DNA of 64,000 nucleotides, from the NCBI RefSeq assembly GCF_009914755.1, contig NC_060935.1. The stretch is one strand, 5' to 3'. A model generated the notes under the pieces. It was given only the letters and a program-made list of their open reading frames with translations, was not told the DNA's origin and did no database searches. How positions within the stretch are numbered: position 1 is the stretch's first letter; the number at the start of each line of letters is the position of its first letter. This document shows positions 26,772 through 40,560 of this stretch, piece by piece. The translations under genes were made by a program, and so were the position numbers. The DNA comes from the human T2T-CHM13v2.0 reference genome, Homo sapiens.

Positions 26772-27599
26772 TCAGTCACAGCACTTCTAAAGTGGACCGA
26801 TTTATATGTCGTGTCTCTTTTCTTCTGCTAGGTTGTAAACTTGCTGAGCACAGGAAACATGCATATGGGTCTTTGGATTCCTGGTCTTTAACAGATATTC
26901 CTGCACATGGCTGATAAATGTTGATTGACTCAGTTAAGCAGTATAGTCTTGAGATCATTATCTGTGGAATGGTTTTGCAGAAGTTCCATGAGTTAATAAA
27001 ATGTTGAAAATACAAAAATTTGTCCCTAAAACAAGGATCTTGATCAGTCCCTAGAATAAAATGTTTGGGATTTATCCACAAGAGTTAATTAAGCTGCATA
27101 TGGTTCTTGTTGTTTTGTTCTGTTTTGTTTTTTACTAAACTTGTCCTTTTTATTAAGCGTTTAAGAAACTGTATCACAGCTTCTCCACTGAAGTCATGCA
27201 TCTGATGTTTAGGCTCTGCTGATAACCTCACTGCATTGCCTTTACAATGTGTGGGATAAAAGGATGCAACCCATGGGTGTCTGTGACCAGTTCTGTTAAT
27301 AATTGTTTTCCTTTTCTCATTATACTTTGACATTTTAGAAGCCAAATGCTGTTCCACACTCTATTAGCCTCTTGCACTGGATTGGGACTGAAGTTTGGAA
27401 CAAAGAGAAAGTAAAAATGTAAAAACATGTAAGACTGAAATGGCAAAACTAGGATAATAACTTTAGCACAAATCACCTGCTGACACCTGGAAATTAAGGA
27501 GCAATCACTTACACAGACAGATCAAAGGAAAGGTGTGAAGAGCCAGGGACAGAGCAGCCTGCCCCAGATGCTGGTCAGTTCCTTTCTCATGGGTGTTAC

Positions 27600-27945
27600 C
27601 AGAGTATCAGACAGCCATTGTTGCAAAATATACAACCACAAAATTTCAGTGTCATACAACATTGAGGTGTTGATTTCATTCACATCTGGCTGATTTAGGC
27701 TGGGCTTGGCTGGGCAGCTGTAAGCTGCTGATTGCACCTAAGTCTGCCTGAGGCTTCATCCTTCTTCAATTAAATGCTTTCCAGGGGAAAATTAACTCAT
27801 GGCAACGTGAGAGAAACGAGAGGCTGCACAACCAGGCAAGCCCTGACCACATAGCCAAGCCCAAACTCAAGGAGGTAGTGAAGCATGTTTTTTCCACAGA
27901 AGTGTCAGAGAAGGAAGTAAATATTTTGGAATGACTAATGTCCAT
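27600..27945 (-). mobile_element. Old MLT1 (J/K/L-like) LTR
   Basis: caaccacaaaatttcagtg...ctgatttaggctgggcttggctgggcag...cacatagccaagcccaa. Confidence 0.6.
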
Positions 27946-28039
27946 AGGCAGAGGCCTAGTCTGAAGCATTTCTATAATAATGGAGATAATTGTGCTAAAG
28001 AAGTCAAGGGTAGGTGATTCTTGTATTTTTAAGTCCCGG

Positions 28040-28480
28040 ATATTTTTACTGGGAAATGTTGCTGATAGGACAATGAGTTGATACTATCTTTCTAGGGCAT
28101 ATTTGCAATATATATTAGCAATTTCTTACCTATTGACTTCTAAGAATTTGTCTGAGATGTATAGAAAGATTTTTATATAAAGTCATCCACCTCACTTTTA
28201 TATTAGTGAAATACTGGGGAAAATTACAGGTGTTTGGTTGAATAAAATATGTGACATCCAGATAATGGAATATTTATGCCACATTTCAGTGATGTTATAT
28301 CAGAATATTTAATGACATGGGACAGTATTGCCAATATTCTTGCTTAATGAAAAAAAGCACGTTACAAAACAGCAGATATTTTGTTTTTAAATCATGTATA
28401 TATGGGTATTCATACTAAGATTCTGTAGGGATATCAAATAAAATATAATAATAGTTATTTGTGGATGGAGCTAATTTTCA
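28040..28480 (+). mobile_element. L1ME-type 3' fragment
   Basis: gaataaaatatgtgacatccagataatggaatatt...aatgacatggga...gttacaaaac. Confidence 0.55.
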
Positions 28481-28498
28481 TCTGAAATTTATTCTATC

Positions 28499-28833
28499 TA
28501 CTATGATCTGAATGTTGGTGTTTCCCCCAGAGTTGATTCATTTGAACTTAATACCCAATGTAATAATAATATTAAGAGGTGGGGTCTTTGGGGATGAGAT
28601 TTGTGTCCTTATAAATGAATTTGAAGGGAGCTGCCTTGCCTTTCCAACACATGAGGTCACAGGAAGAAAGCACCATCTTGGAAGTAGAGAGCAAGATCTC
28701 ACCAGACATTGAAAGTGTCGTTGCCTTGATCTTGGACTTCCCAGCCTCCAGAAGTATGAACAATAAATTTCTGTTATTTATAAATTACCCAGTCTAATAT
28801 ATTTTGTTGTAGCAGTCCAAATGAGAAAAGACA
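28499..28833 (+). mobile_element. MLT1A/MSTD-like LTR
   Basis: ctatgatctgaatgtt...ccttgatcttggacttcccagcctccaga...aataaatttctgtt. Confidence 0.85.
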
Positions 28834-28929
28834 CCACCCTCAGCACTAGAGGAAGAATAGATTATCTGGGGACTGTACTTTCCTGTGTCTAGGATGGACC
28901 ACGGTTTTGCTTCTGAAAACGGAAGTGAG

Positions 28930-29167
28930 TAGAAGAGATGTTTGCCCATAAATTTTTGCACGAGAGTTCTTTTCTCTCTTCCTGCTGGCTGGAATGTTGA
29001 TGGCTAGAATAAACTTGGAAGACACATTGAAAATGAAGAAACTACTACCCAATTTAAAATACACTCAGGACTCTAATATGAAAGAGAAATTAATTTTTGT
29101 AATCTTTAATTCACTCAATTTGGGGGTGACTTTATTATAGCAGCTAGCATAAACTCTGACTAATATA
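28930..29167 (+). mobile_element. Old MLT1 LTR 3' fragment
   Basis: cttcctgctggctggaatg...ttattatagcagctagc...ctgactaatata. Confidence 0.55.
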
Positions 29168-31579
29168 GTGGGCTTCCTAGTGATTTTTATTTTCTCCATA
29201 ATTTTCTACATTTTCCAAAATTCCTTTTTTAGCTAAATAGCAATGTTGTCATTAACAGAAAAAATAGCAAATATTTTTTCAAACCTGGACATCTTACTCC
29301 AAGATTTCCTCAAAATAATGAATGACAAATGCTTCAAACAGGTACTTTTTTTGGTTTTCTTTTCATCCTGATTAAATATATAGGGCAGAAAAACTACAGT
29401 GATTTCTGAATCCTGCCATTTCTGATACATTCCCCATATTTTGAAATACTTTTTTTAACCAAGAAAGTTTAAAAGTAGAATTTAAAATGTGATTCAAACC
29501 AAATTGGATTTCAGTTTCCTTCTGAGACTTGGATAAGTTGCCTAACCTCTTAAAACCGAGTCTCGGTTTTTCTCATGTGCAAACCTTCAAAAATTGTTGT
29601 GAGAATCAAATGAGTGGGTTAGGGAGTAAAAACTATATCCCAAGGTATAGCACATCATTATGAATGCTCTCTTGAGATGTAAGTTTCCTTTATTTCATTT
29701 CCTTTATCTACAAAAATTTGATCCTTGAGAACAAACACTTAATATTGAGAAATGTGTGAAATACACAATTTTGTCTTCTTAATCTTGCATTTTGACCTCT
29801 CATCCAAATATTTCACATTATTCTGGGCAGGAGAATTATAGCATTACATGACTAAATATGCCACTGAATTCCTCTTCCATGTTCATTTTCCCATTAGGCA
29901 TCTGGCCAGTTGAGTTAGGAAGGGAACATGCTGACAGGCTTTTCAAGGTTAGCACAATACCCCTCCACCCCTTCTCTAGTTTATATTTCGCAAAATATAG
30001 CTGAGGCAGAGAACTGTGTTGCTCTAGGCGGAAATTAGAACCTACTTTGTATAAACACAATTAAAAAGTAAAGAGGAGGGGGAGATGCAAACAGAAAAAA
30101 GCCACAGTCTGCAAAAGCACTGTATGGGAATTTCACTGCATATGTTTTCTGAAAGACTAGAAATAACAGTATACATACATAATTATGAAGCTCAAATTAA
30201 GCTCAGTAACTCCTACAGCCACTCTTAACCTTTTCTTTATTCTGTACCTCTCCTGTCTCATTAAATTAGAATACTGAATCTACTTTAAATCTTATACTTT
30301 ACATCTATGGACAAAGCATGTGGGCACGTGCGCACACACACACACACACAAACACACTTTTAGATTTTAGCTCTCCTGTTTTTGTTCTTCCCTTTAAGAA
30401 TATTCTTTTTATATGTCTCTCCCACCCCCACCCCCAATATATTTTTCCATTATTCTTTTGACCTCATCGCCTCCCAACTGCTAGGTTCTTCAGTCTTCTT
30501 TTCTTCTCCTTAATATTTTCCTGCCTTGTGTATTCTACATTGTATACATTCCCACTTTTCTGAATCTTGTCAAGGTGAATATGATGAAGTTGTCAGAAAG
30601 ATGTGTTCACTTATGGTCCCCTTAAATTGCCATGCTGCATTTTAACAGTCGCTTGTATGAATGTGAGATTTTAAATAAACTCTCCCGAAATAGCTCTCAG
30701 TGAAAATAAAAAATAAGAATGAGAAAGTTTTTATGTATATGGACTTGCTGATATCTAGCATGAAACACTAATTCTGCCTGGGATGCTTTTCTCTCAGGGA
30801 GCATTTGCATTCTTGCACCAAATAGGACTGAAATTGCCATAATGAATATCTGAACAACACCCTCTGTTTCATGGTTTTGAACTCAATTTGATTCATGGCA
30901 CTACTTTCAAAGCTGCATTCCCCTGGAGCAAACAAAGTAGTCAGACATGAAATCTGGGCACCAGGTACCAGGTCAGGAGTTCACCAAGGTTCAAGGCAAG
31001 GAACTATAAACGACATTCATACGGAGATGCCCAATTGTTATTCCCAGAGAAACCAGAGAACTGGCCAGTTAGCCAAGAGAGGAGCAGGCCGTGGGAGAGA
31101 GGCGACTCACATGAATCTTGAAGATCCTGATGCCTCAGTAGTGTTTGAGCAGGGTTATGAGGAGCAGCCCACATGAACCTATGAGAGAATTATAGATGTG
31201 TGAACTCTATCATTTGCAGAGAAGTGGCAGGGAGGAATCAGGTGATTGAGGCTGTTTTAAAAAGGACACAAAATCCTGCAAGATGAATGGAAATGACAAT
31301 TAATAGTATGCCTACCATTTATAGAGCACTTTTCTCCAACCATGCATTACTCTAAATGTGTCTCATGTATTATCTCATCTAAATATAGGAGGGATGGCCC
31401 ATCAGAGAAAATCATGGAGAATCAAAAATTAGAATTGGAGAATCCTGGGAGAAATAGGACCAAGGAGGTCTCAGCCAGAAATGAAAGAAAAGCACTTTTA
31501 GCAGATAAAATAAACCATTAGATAAACAGATGCTTTTTCTTTGGACCAATACTTTCTTGAATAAAGACATATGCAAATT

Positions 31580-31810
31580 ACAAATTATTGCACCCTTATT
31601 GTATCTGCACTGTGCTAAGCCTTGTGCTTACATTATCTTTTTTAGTCTTCACAAGAAGTCTGAAATGTAGATATCTTACAAAAAAACTTGGGTTTTGAGA
31701 TTTTTGGTAACTTCTCCAAAATTATAGAGCAAGAAAATGCTGGAGGCAGACTTTAAACCCATAACCACTTTTTCCCCAGTCTCTGGCCTTTAACCACCAC
31801 AGTATACCAT
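31580..31810 (-). mobile_element. MIR
   Basis: cactgtgctaagc...tagtcttcacaag...ggtaacttctccaa...ctttaaccacc. Confidence 0.65.
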
Positions 31811-32278
31811 CTCTGGTCTTTCTTTTTCTCTCTTCCTATCTGGATTCTTTCTGTTGGCGATAGTTTTCCTCTCACCCTCATCGACGAATATGAACCTGTA
31901 CGTATTTGCGTTAAGAGAAACCATGAAATAAAGACTTGATTACATTCATCAGGACAGAATGTCTAAACTCTTCTCCTGAGGCACAATTGACACCATCCTA
32001 AACTCAGCAAAAGCACACAACACTCTTTCACTCTTTCACCAATCCTATTCACACTTCAGATGAGATCAAACTCTCCTGATGCCAAGTGCTTAACGCGACA
32101 TCATACAGCCCAGCTTTGTGTCATAATAGCAGCCTGCATTTCTTTAGCACATGCCATCCCCACTGATACCAGAGCAAACTACAACGATGGCCCAATATGC
32201 ATCTTTATTTAGGTTTCTCTTTACCCACTGGGCACACAGTTTCTCAGATCCTTGAAGAATTTTCCAAGAGTTCTAAAG

Positions 32279-32512
32279 AAGAATGAAGAAAATGTGCTGG
32301 ATAGCCATTTTTAAAAGAATAAATTTGAAGCTAGAAAACTTTATAACTATATAGAACTGTTTAATGCCATAGAGGTTAAATGTAATAATGTAATGCTAAA
32401 TGCTACATTTAACCCCTATGGCATTAAACAATTCTGTATAGTTATAAATATTTTCTAGCTTCAAATATATTCTTTTTAAAATGGCTATGCAGCACAAGTT
32501 CTCTTCATTCTT
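32279..32512. repeat. Long imperfect palindrome (arms 32279-32384 and 32404-32512, 19-nt loop)
   Basis: Manual alignment of the left arm to the reverse complement of the right arm gives ~90% identity. Confidence 0.95.
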
Positions 32513-32779
32513 GCTACATTCATGCTACATTCTGGAGCCCCAAGAATATTTTTCTTTGAAAGGTAACACCGTGCTAACAGCCTCTCTAATTCTGTTTTCT
32601 ATATTTTAAAAAATTAAATGTTTGCTTGCTTAATAACCATTGTGTCTCTCTACTGTCCTTAGTGCTAGTTGAATCTTTTGAATGAGTGCAATGTTTTTCA
32701 TCACAGCCTGCAGAGAAAATGTCTTCTCAACCATAGCACTCATGAATTGTTCACTTACAAATAAGTCAACATATTGTGA

Positions 32780-33570
32780 ACACCATTTGGGTACTCATCT
32801 AGGTGCTGGAACGTAAGGGGTAGGGGCAAAAATACAGAAGATGTAAAAACTATACCTGCTTTCAAGAATCTCACAATATCACAGGAGAAGCAGAGTCTGC
32901 ACACTTCACCACTTAATGTTGCCACCTCTGCAGTTGAGAACTCAATGTACTGGAAGTTGCAATGATCCACTATTGATGGGGCTGGAAGCTGTGTTGACTT
33001 ACAGTTTGGCTCCACAGGAAAAAAAAAATCTGTTGATATTTCAAAGACTTATGAAAGAGGCTCTTGGGAAAGAGTAAGAACTTGGGAAAGAGTAAGAACC
33101 AGGGCCCAAGTGTTCACATAGCCATGGAAAGGGGTGGGATTATCTAGGGAGGGAGTTCAGGTGTAAGGGAGAAGCTAATAAAGGAAACTGACAAGGGATG
33201 GCCTACTGGTAAGAGGAAACCATAAGAATGTGATGCTAGAATGGCCTAATAGGAAAATGTTTCACAGCGAGGTGGTTTATCAGTCTAGAAAAGTATCTTT
33301 TGCATTTGGCAACACATAAGTCACAGTGATACTCATTGATGTGGTTTTGGTGGCATAATAAATACAAAAGCCATATTAGAAAAGAAAAGGGGAAACAAGT
33401 TATATGGACAATTTTTTCTAGCAGTTTGGGTGGAGGGATGTTGACTAGAGGGATATGATGACATGGTAAGTTTTCATTTCATTTTTTTAAATTAAGATGG
33501 GAAATATCCAAACATATAGGAATGACCCCATGGAGACATAGGGATTGATTATGTTTGAGAGAAAAGATAA
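32780..33570 (-). mobile_element. L2 fragments
   Basis: catttgggtactcatctaggtgctgg...ctttcaagaatctcacaat; ttgcatttggcaac; aaagccatattaga. Confidence 0.5.
33063..33098 (+). repeat. Perfect 18-bp tandem duplication
   Basis: cttgggaaagagtaagaa twice. Confidence 0.9.
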
Positions 33571-35828
33571 TTGAAGTAGGAAAATTCTTGAAAAACTGAT
33601 AACAAAAATATAATTAAAAAGGAGGGAGGGGCTAAAGAAGAGACTCATCCAATATCTCTAGCTGGTTAATGGAAGTAAATGGATTAGAACTCAGGCCTAT
33701 GCTTTTTTTTTCTCAACCACAGCTTTTTAATGCCATTTGCTATTTATTTTTTATCCCAACAGTCTATAACAGTGAGGCAAAGAGAAAGAAGCAGTAATGT
33801 TTTCATGACAATTCAATTGCACAAATTAAGTTTCACTGTTAAGGCACAAATGGATTTTCAAAGAACATTCAGTGAAAATATAAATGTAATTAAGAGAAAA
33901 GACAAGATACATGTCAGAGATCAGTATAGTTGAACAATGGCATTTTGATTCCTGTATTTGCATGGTATAGTGATTAAGGTGAGCTTAGTCAAGCTTTACA
34001 GTATACTCAAGTATCTTTTAGTTGTGTAATTTCCCAACATATCAATCCCCAGGAAGCTGGAAACCTCAGTTATTTTGGAGTGTTTTCCCTGGTCATTCCT
34101 TCTTGCTTATGGGACTCTCATTAGCTTGGTTTCTACTTCTCCTCCAAGTTCTAGTTGAAATTATGAGACCACCACAAGGAAATGGAGAAGGTGGAATACA
34201 GTGTTTCATCTCATCCAGGACCATCAATAAAGCATCAAGCATATTGGGGGTTTTATTTTATTTCATTTATCAAATATTCAGTGTGAATTTTGTGCCAGAA
34301 ACTAAGTTGGGCTATCTTCACTCTAGGTTGTGAAGTTGTGTTTCAATAAAAGTGCAAGAAACAAAAAAAAAATTAAAAATAAAGGATCTTATATAAGGCA
34401 GAATAAGTTCTGTTCATTTATTCTGACAAGTCTGATGGAGTTTTAATTACAAAAACATGTAACAATACACAGATAAGCTTATTGTTGTACATCATGTAAA
34501 GTTAATGAAATAATTATAATGAAGGATCTCACTGTGGCAACAGGCAGCTTAATCCTTGTAACTTTTGCAAAGAGAGAGACACTATCAGAGTGTGTGTGTA
34601 CATGTAATACTATAAAATTTGTTCTGGCATCTAAAAGTAAAGGTTGATATTCATCTTCATACTCAGATATATATACTCATCTAGGTTTTCAATTTGTATT
34701 GTGTGTGTGTGCATCTGTGCACACGTGTGTGGTTTTGCAGGCAGTAAGTAGATTCTATTTATGTTTTGTCTCCTTAAAAGATGGGAATTTCTTGATGGCA
34801 AAAATTCCAGCTTCATTCCTAATGTATTCCTCTCACTGCCATCATTTGTAGAGTGTTCAAGACACCATTCACTCCTGCAGCCATTGCTACTGCTGGAGCT
34901 GAAGCCCAGGTCAGAGATGGGTATTCTGGTAGAGATATGGAGGTAGGGAAGCCAATGTTGATACGTAGATAAATCAGCAGTTGACAACAAAGGGTTAGCA
35001 TTTAGATCATTTTGCCTAGAGTAATGAGGAAGGACTAAATGAATTTAGATTTGAAGGCATACAGACAAAAAGACTAGGATTCCCCAGATCTAAGAATTAA
35101 GGACTAATGTTTAAAGGTTGTCCAAAAAAACTAATAAAATTAAACACGGCTTCTTGGATTTTTTCTCCTATAGGCTTCAGAAAAGTTTTGGAAGGTAAAA
35201 TAAACTCTAAAATATATTTTTAGACTACTTATCCAATGAAATAGTGCTATTTAGCCATTTGCTTAGTGTCACTTTTCCCAGAATATAAGAAATTGGGATA
35301 ATTATTCCACAGGAACAGACATAACCCTGGCAAGTTAAATTTTTCCTAAAAGGAAATATATCTTATACTATCTCATACCGATACAAAGCTTTGTCCAGAG
35401 CTAAACAAAACTATTATAAGATTGTAGTAATCTGAGAATTTGAATCAGATCTAAATTATATTACAAATATTAACTATTAATCTGTGACTGAAAGGTTGGT
35501 GGATTTGATTCTCTGCTGTCTATATTTGTAGAGCAGCATCTATTCAGCCATTGGAACTACAATAATTGCATTGAGGCAGTCATCGTTCAGAATTAAATCT
35601 TATCTTTTTAATTATCATACATTGAAAGTGGGGGAAAAATTGAACATGATTGGCACCTTAATGCTATTTTAGTAGAATCAGACTCAATTATGGTATTTAG
35701 CAATATAATCTCAGTCTCATGGGGTATGACCATACATGTTCTCCATGACTGATTCCTACACATACTTTATCTAGAAATGATTTTATTAACCCATTGACTC
35801 CAATACGGAGCAATAAACAGACACAAGT

Positions 35829-36202
35829 TGGTAGGATTTGGCTCTGTGCTCCGACCCAAATCGCACCTTGAATTACAATCCCCATATTCTCTACATGTCA
35901 AGGGTGGGACCAGGTGGAGGTAATTGAATCATGGGGGCAGTTTCCCCCATGCTGTTCTCATAATGAGTGAGTCTCATGAGATCTGATGGTTTTATACACA
36001 TCTGGCATTTCTCCTGCTTGCACTCACTCGTCCTGCTGCCCTGTGAAAAAGGTGCCTGCTTCTCATTTGCTTTCCGCCATGATGGTAAGTTTCCTGAGGC
36101 CACTCCAGCAATGTGGAACTGTGAGTCAATTAAATATCTTTCCTTAATAAATTACCCAACCTCAGGCAGTTCTTCATAGCAGTATGAGAATGAACTGATA
36201 CA
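35829..36202 (+). mobile_element. THE1D-like solo LTR
   Basis: tttggctctgtg...aattgaatcatgggggcagtttcccccatgctgttctc...gaactgataca. TSD caagt / aaagt. Confidence 0.88.
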
Positions 36203-38085
36203 AAAGTCATCTAGGTTTAAAATGGGCCTCACATATTACTCCAGAGAAAATTTTTATAGTCAGGTAACTGAGCAGAAATGAAACTTCAGGTTCTACGTAG
36301 GCATTGGCTTCACACCTGACCCAGTGGTTTTCCTAGTATTTTAAAATCTGGAGGGGAAATACAACAGATATAATTAAATACGTCTATCTGTGAACACATA
36401 TGTCTGTCAAAAAGGCCCTGGGAAAGTTTTCCAAAATCCTAGACCTTCTGAAGTTACTTTTTATGCAATACTCAGATTTTATTCTTTTAACAAGAAAAAA
36501 AAGTCATTTTGTGTTAGTGACCTTGCTGTTAAATTTAAGTCAATTTTTTAAAAGTCACTGAAATGTCAGCAAATTAGTGTCTGTTCACAAATCTCTCTGA
36601 CTTGTTCTAATTGATTTGACACCCCATAACACATAAGCACTGCATTGGCATTCTGCAAGGAGGTCATTCATAAAATTGAAAAATGGAAAGTGTCTAAGCA
36701 TTGATCATCATACTTCCCACGAGGAGCAATCTGCAAACAAGATCTTACTTCCTTTCACACAGGATAAGTGGATAACTTGTAGGCTGCCATCTGCTCACAA
36801 TTATATTGTAAATAACTAAATATTCAAGTAACCACAGCTTAAATAAAAATGCAAGAACATTTTGTGCTTTGTCAGAGAGGGCAAATAAGTTTCATCTTTA
36901 TATATATATATAAATGCCAATCAGCCAACAATGGCAGATTCAAGTGTGTTGAAGAAGATTCTCAGGTCACATCTAGGCTCAACAGGAAAAAAATGCTTTG
37001 ATGCAACGACTACAAAATGGTCATATGTCAGAAATTTACCATCCCTGGGATAGAACCTCATGGGAGATGACAATGGCATGTGTTAAACAATTATGGGCAG
37101 TTTCCATGCCAGTTAAGCAAAACCAAGAGAGACACTATTGTCAGTTTTCCTAATATTCATTCAAGTGAAAGTTGATTATCAATATCAACATTGACTTTTA
37201 AGCTAGATTCAAATTTATCTGGGAATATGCAAACTTCCAATTTGCTGCTTAAGCAAGTAATTTTAAAAAATCATCATAATATTTGTATTATTTTGTACTT
37301 GGGATCTATGTGATATTTGCTTAGTCTATCAGTTATGTTTGATCTAAAAATTAAAATTTTGTCTCAAAAATTTCCTATAAGATCTACAAGGCAGGAATAT
37401 GTATTCATATAAGAGAAAAGGAACAGCTAGACAAGCTCCAAATGGAGAAATCACTATGTTTGTTTTTGCATTTCTAGCAAGACATAGAAGAAACCATCCT
37501 GAAGTTTATGAAATTAATATTATTTCTTAAGTCTTCTATTTCTTGAAAAAAATCCAAAGTATGACAGATCTGAATAGACAGCCTCAAACATAGTAATACT
37601 ATTCTTAATAAATGTAAAAACCTTTCTTTTTTAAAAAATGTGTAAGACAGGTTTCCATTGATGTATAAGAGTTATTTCTCATGACTCAGAACAATGTGTC
37701 TGAATTTTTTAGTTACTGCAGGAGACTTGTTGAAAGATTCCAGAAGGAGATATTTTGCTTCTCTTGTTCTGGATGTTGGGCTTCATTTTTTGTTAAACTA
37801 CGTATTCTAGTTGATTCTCAAGTGCAGCTTCTCCTGTATGGTAAAGGTATCTATAGACTCATTAGATTGCCAGATACCCCATCAAAATATACACTGTCTT
37901 TTTCTAAAAAGTTGAAGTTCCTGATCTCCTAATATAGTATCCTATATCAGAAACATGCAAGTATTGCCATTCCTTTTCACTTTGCTTAGGAAATAGGTAA
38001 AGAGGAATAAGATTTTTGGATGTTAACAATCTGTCATCAGCATTTGATTCTATGAACTCTACTAGAATAAAAATGTTCAGGATCC

Positions 38086-38525
38086 TGTTTACAATAGGAA
38101 AGTCATAATCAACCTAGGTGTCCCTCAACAGTTGATTGGATAAAGAAAATGTGGTATATATCACCATGGAATACTATGCAGCCATAAAAAATGAAGTTAT
38201 GTCCTTTGCAGCAACAAGGACGGAGCCAGAGGCCATTATCCTAAACGAAATAACTCAGAAACAGAAAATCAAATACTACATGTCCTCACTTACAAGTGGA
38301 AGCTAAACAATGGGTGCATAAAAATGGAAACCATAGACAGTGGGGACTCCAATGGGGGAAGGTTGGGAGCAGGTGAGAATTGAAAAAATTATCTATTGGG
38401 TACAATGGTCACTATTTGGATGATGGGTACACTAGAAGCCCAAATCTCACATTATGCAATATATCCATGTAATAAACCTGCATGTGTACCCCAAATTTAA
38501 AATAAAGATTAAAAATAATTTTTTA
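38086..38525 (+). mobile_element. L1PB-type 3' end
   Basis: gattggataaagaaaatgtggtatat...catgtaataaacctgcatgtgtacccc. TSD-like aaaatgttcaggat / aaaacgtgcaggat. Confidence 0.85.
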
Positions 38526-38847
38526 AAAAAACGTGCAGGATTTCCTAATTTATCATATTACCATTCTTATGAATCAGAGCCATTACTTACTCTTTTTTTT
38601 CTAGTTTTGTTGAAATTTTAAATAATATGGCATATAACACAGATGATTAGGAAGATAAGACCAGTTGTCTATGGCCAAAGGTCTCATAAGTTGCCATTTA
38701 TCAATAGAGTTTGGTCATGTCAGATTTTGTTGGCTCACTGATGATGGGTCAATTACCATTTTTGCAATGTATATGTTTGTAACTTTTCAAAGTCTTTCTC
38801 CAATAAAATACATGTAATGTATTAGGAGTATACTTACTAATTTATAA

Positions 38848-39127
38848 CTTACGGGAGGCTGAGGCAAGAGGAACACTTGAGTGCAGGAGTTGGAGACCAG
38901 CCTAGGTAGCATAGGGAGACTCCATCTCTACAAAAACAAATTTAAAAATTAGCCAGGAAAAGTGGCACACGCTTGTGGTCCCAGCTTCTCCAGAGGCTGA
39001 GATAGGAGGATTGCTTGGGCCAGGAGGTTGAGGCTGCAGTGAGCTATGACTGCAACACTGAACTCCAGCCTGGGCAACAGAACAAGATCTTGTCTCAGTC
39101 AATTAATCAATCGATCAATCAATAAAA
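38848..39127 (+). mobile_element. AluJ, 5'-truncated, (TCAA)n-type tail
   Basis: gaggttgaggctgcagtgagctatga. Confidence 0.9.
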
Positions 39128-39404
39128 ATTCAGCTCTTTATACCTTTACAGATGATTTCTCCTTTAGATAACTAGTCCTATTTATTGTATATGAATATTG
39201 CTAATTTAATTTTCAAAGGATTGTTCACCTCCAAACATTTTAATAGCTCTGTGCATTTCTTAGATTAACTAGATACATACAATTTTGCCTCGGCAAACAA
39301 GAAGAAAAATATCCTTCTCTACACAGACAATATGTTCTTTTCTCCCAAAGCTACTCCTAATAAGATGAAAATAGCCAACAAATGAAGATTTTCTTTCAGG
39401 CAGC

Positions 39405-39560
39405 CAAAACGAATCCCAGGGTGCCCGTCCTTGCCAGAGACTTTAACCTTGAATTGACGGCTCTCCAACTCCTGTCAAAGGCCGACTGACAGATAGAAGA
39501 TCCCACAAGCAAGCGTCATTGCACCGTTGCACCGAACAGCGCATTCTTGCCCCAAAGGCA
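39405..39560. promoter_or_regulatory. Candidate enhancer (CpG-retaining unique sequence)
   Basis: 8 CpGs in ~135 bp within a CpG-poor window, and two opposed TGACAG motifs. Confidence 0.3.
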
Positions 39561-40329
39561 AAGCTGTGTTGGCTATAACAGGGAGCTCAAGGCTCACTGG
39601 TTCAGCTGTGAAATTAAGTTGAAGTAAAGATGACACACATTTCTCTCCTAGGATTCTGACACCAAAACAGCCCTGGAAGCTATTGGGGAAGTGCAGAGGA
39701 AAGGGGAAATTTGAGCCCACCTCACGTCCATGCAATGATTTTCCTACACAGGGGTATGTTAACCTTAGAGGTATAAGATATAGATGATCACTCCCAAAAT
39801 AAAAATACCTGGTTGAGTGTCCCTTTTGGCATATCCATTTGAAAATAAGCCACCTGAGGCCCAGAGAGGCTGTGATTTACCCAATGTACACCACTAAAAA
39901 GATAGCAAAGGAAGGACCAGAACTAGATCACTAGAGCCTAGTCCATGCTTCAGTTGTCTTTCAAGAACATGGCAATTAAGCCAGAGATTCAAAACACCTT
40001 GATAATTATTCAAACAATTCTATTGAGCACCTGTGCAGGGCCAAGCCCCATGTGAGGCACCTCAGGAGATCAGATGAAGTATGAAACACTGTCTATTACT
40101 CCATGGAACTTATTGAGTATTTCACAAGAGATTGACACATGAAACGATCAGCAAATAGGACTCCTATCTTGCTACCATGACGTCCTTCCTAACTCATCCC
40201 ATCTGTCGCCAGAGGTCTGCTGAGGTTACGTGGTGCCCCAGGTACACCCGGAAGTGGGGTGAAAAAGCACTCACAAACACTCCCTTGTCCTCCTTCCCTG
40301 GAGTGTCTTCAAAGTATTGTTTTATTTAT

Positions 40330-40560
40330 GCTCTTGTGTGGACTGAATGCTAACTATACGTTCTATTTTCGATAACCTATTTGATCCTCACAGGAAACCT
40401 GTGAAATAGGCAGTACTCTATTGTCCCCATGTGGAAATGGAAAGTTTAAGTCTTTGGCTAGAAATTTTAATTAAATTGACATGGTCACACAGCCAGTAAG
40501 TAGGAGAGATAGGATTCAATTTTACTTTTTTCTGACTCCAAAGCCAACACCTTTCTTGCA
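40330..40560 (-). mobile_element. MIR
   Basis: tttgatcctcacaggaaacctgtgaaatagg...ggtcacacagccagtaagt...tctgactccaaagcc. Confidence 0.7.
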
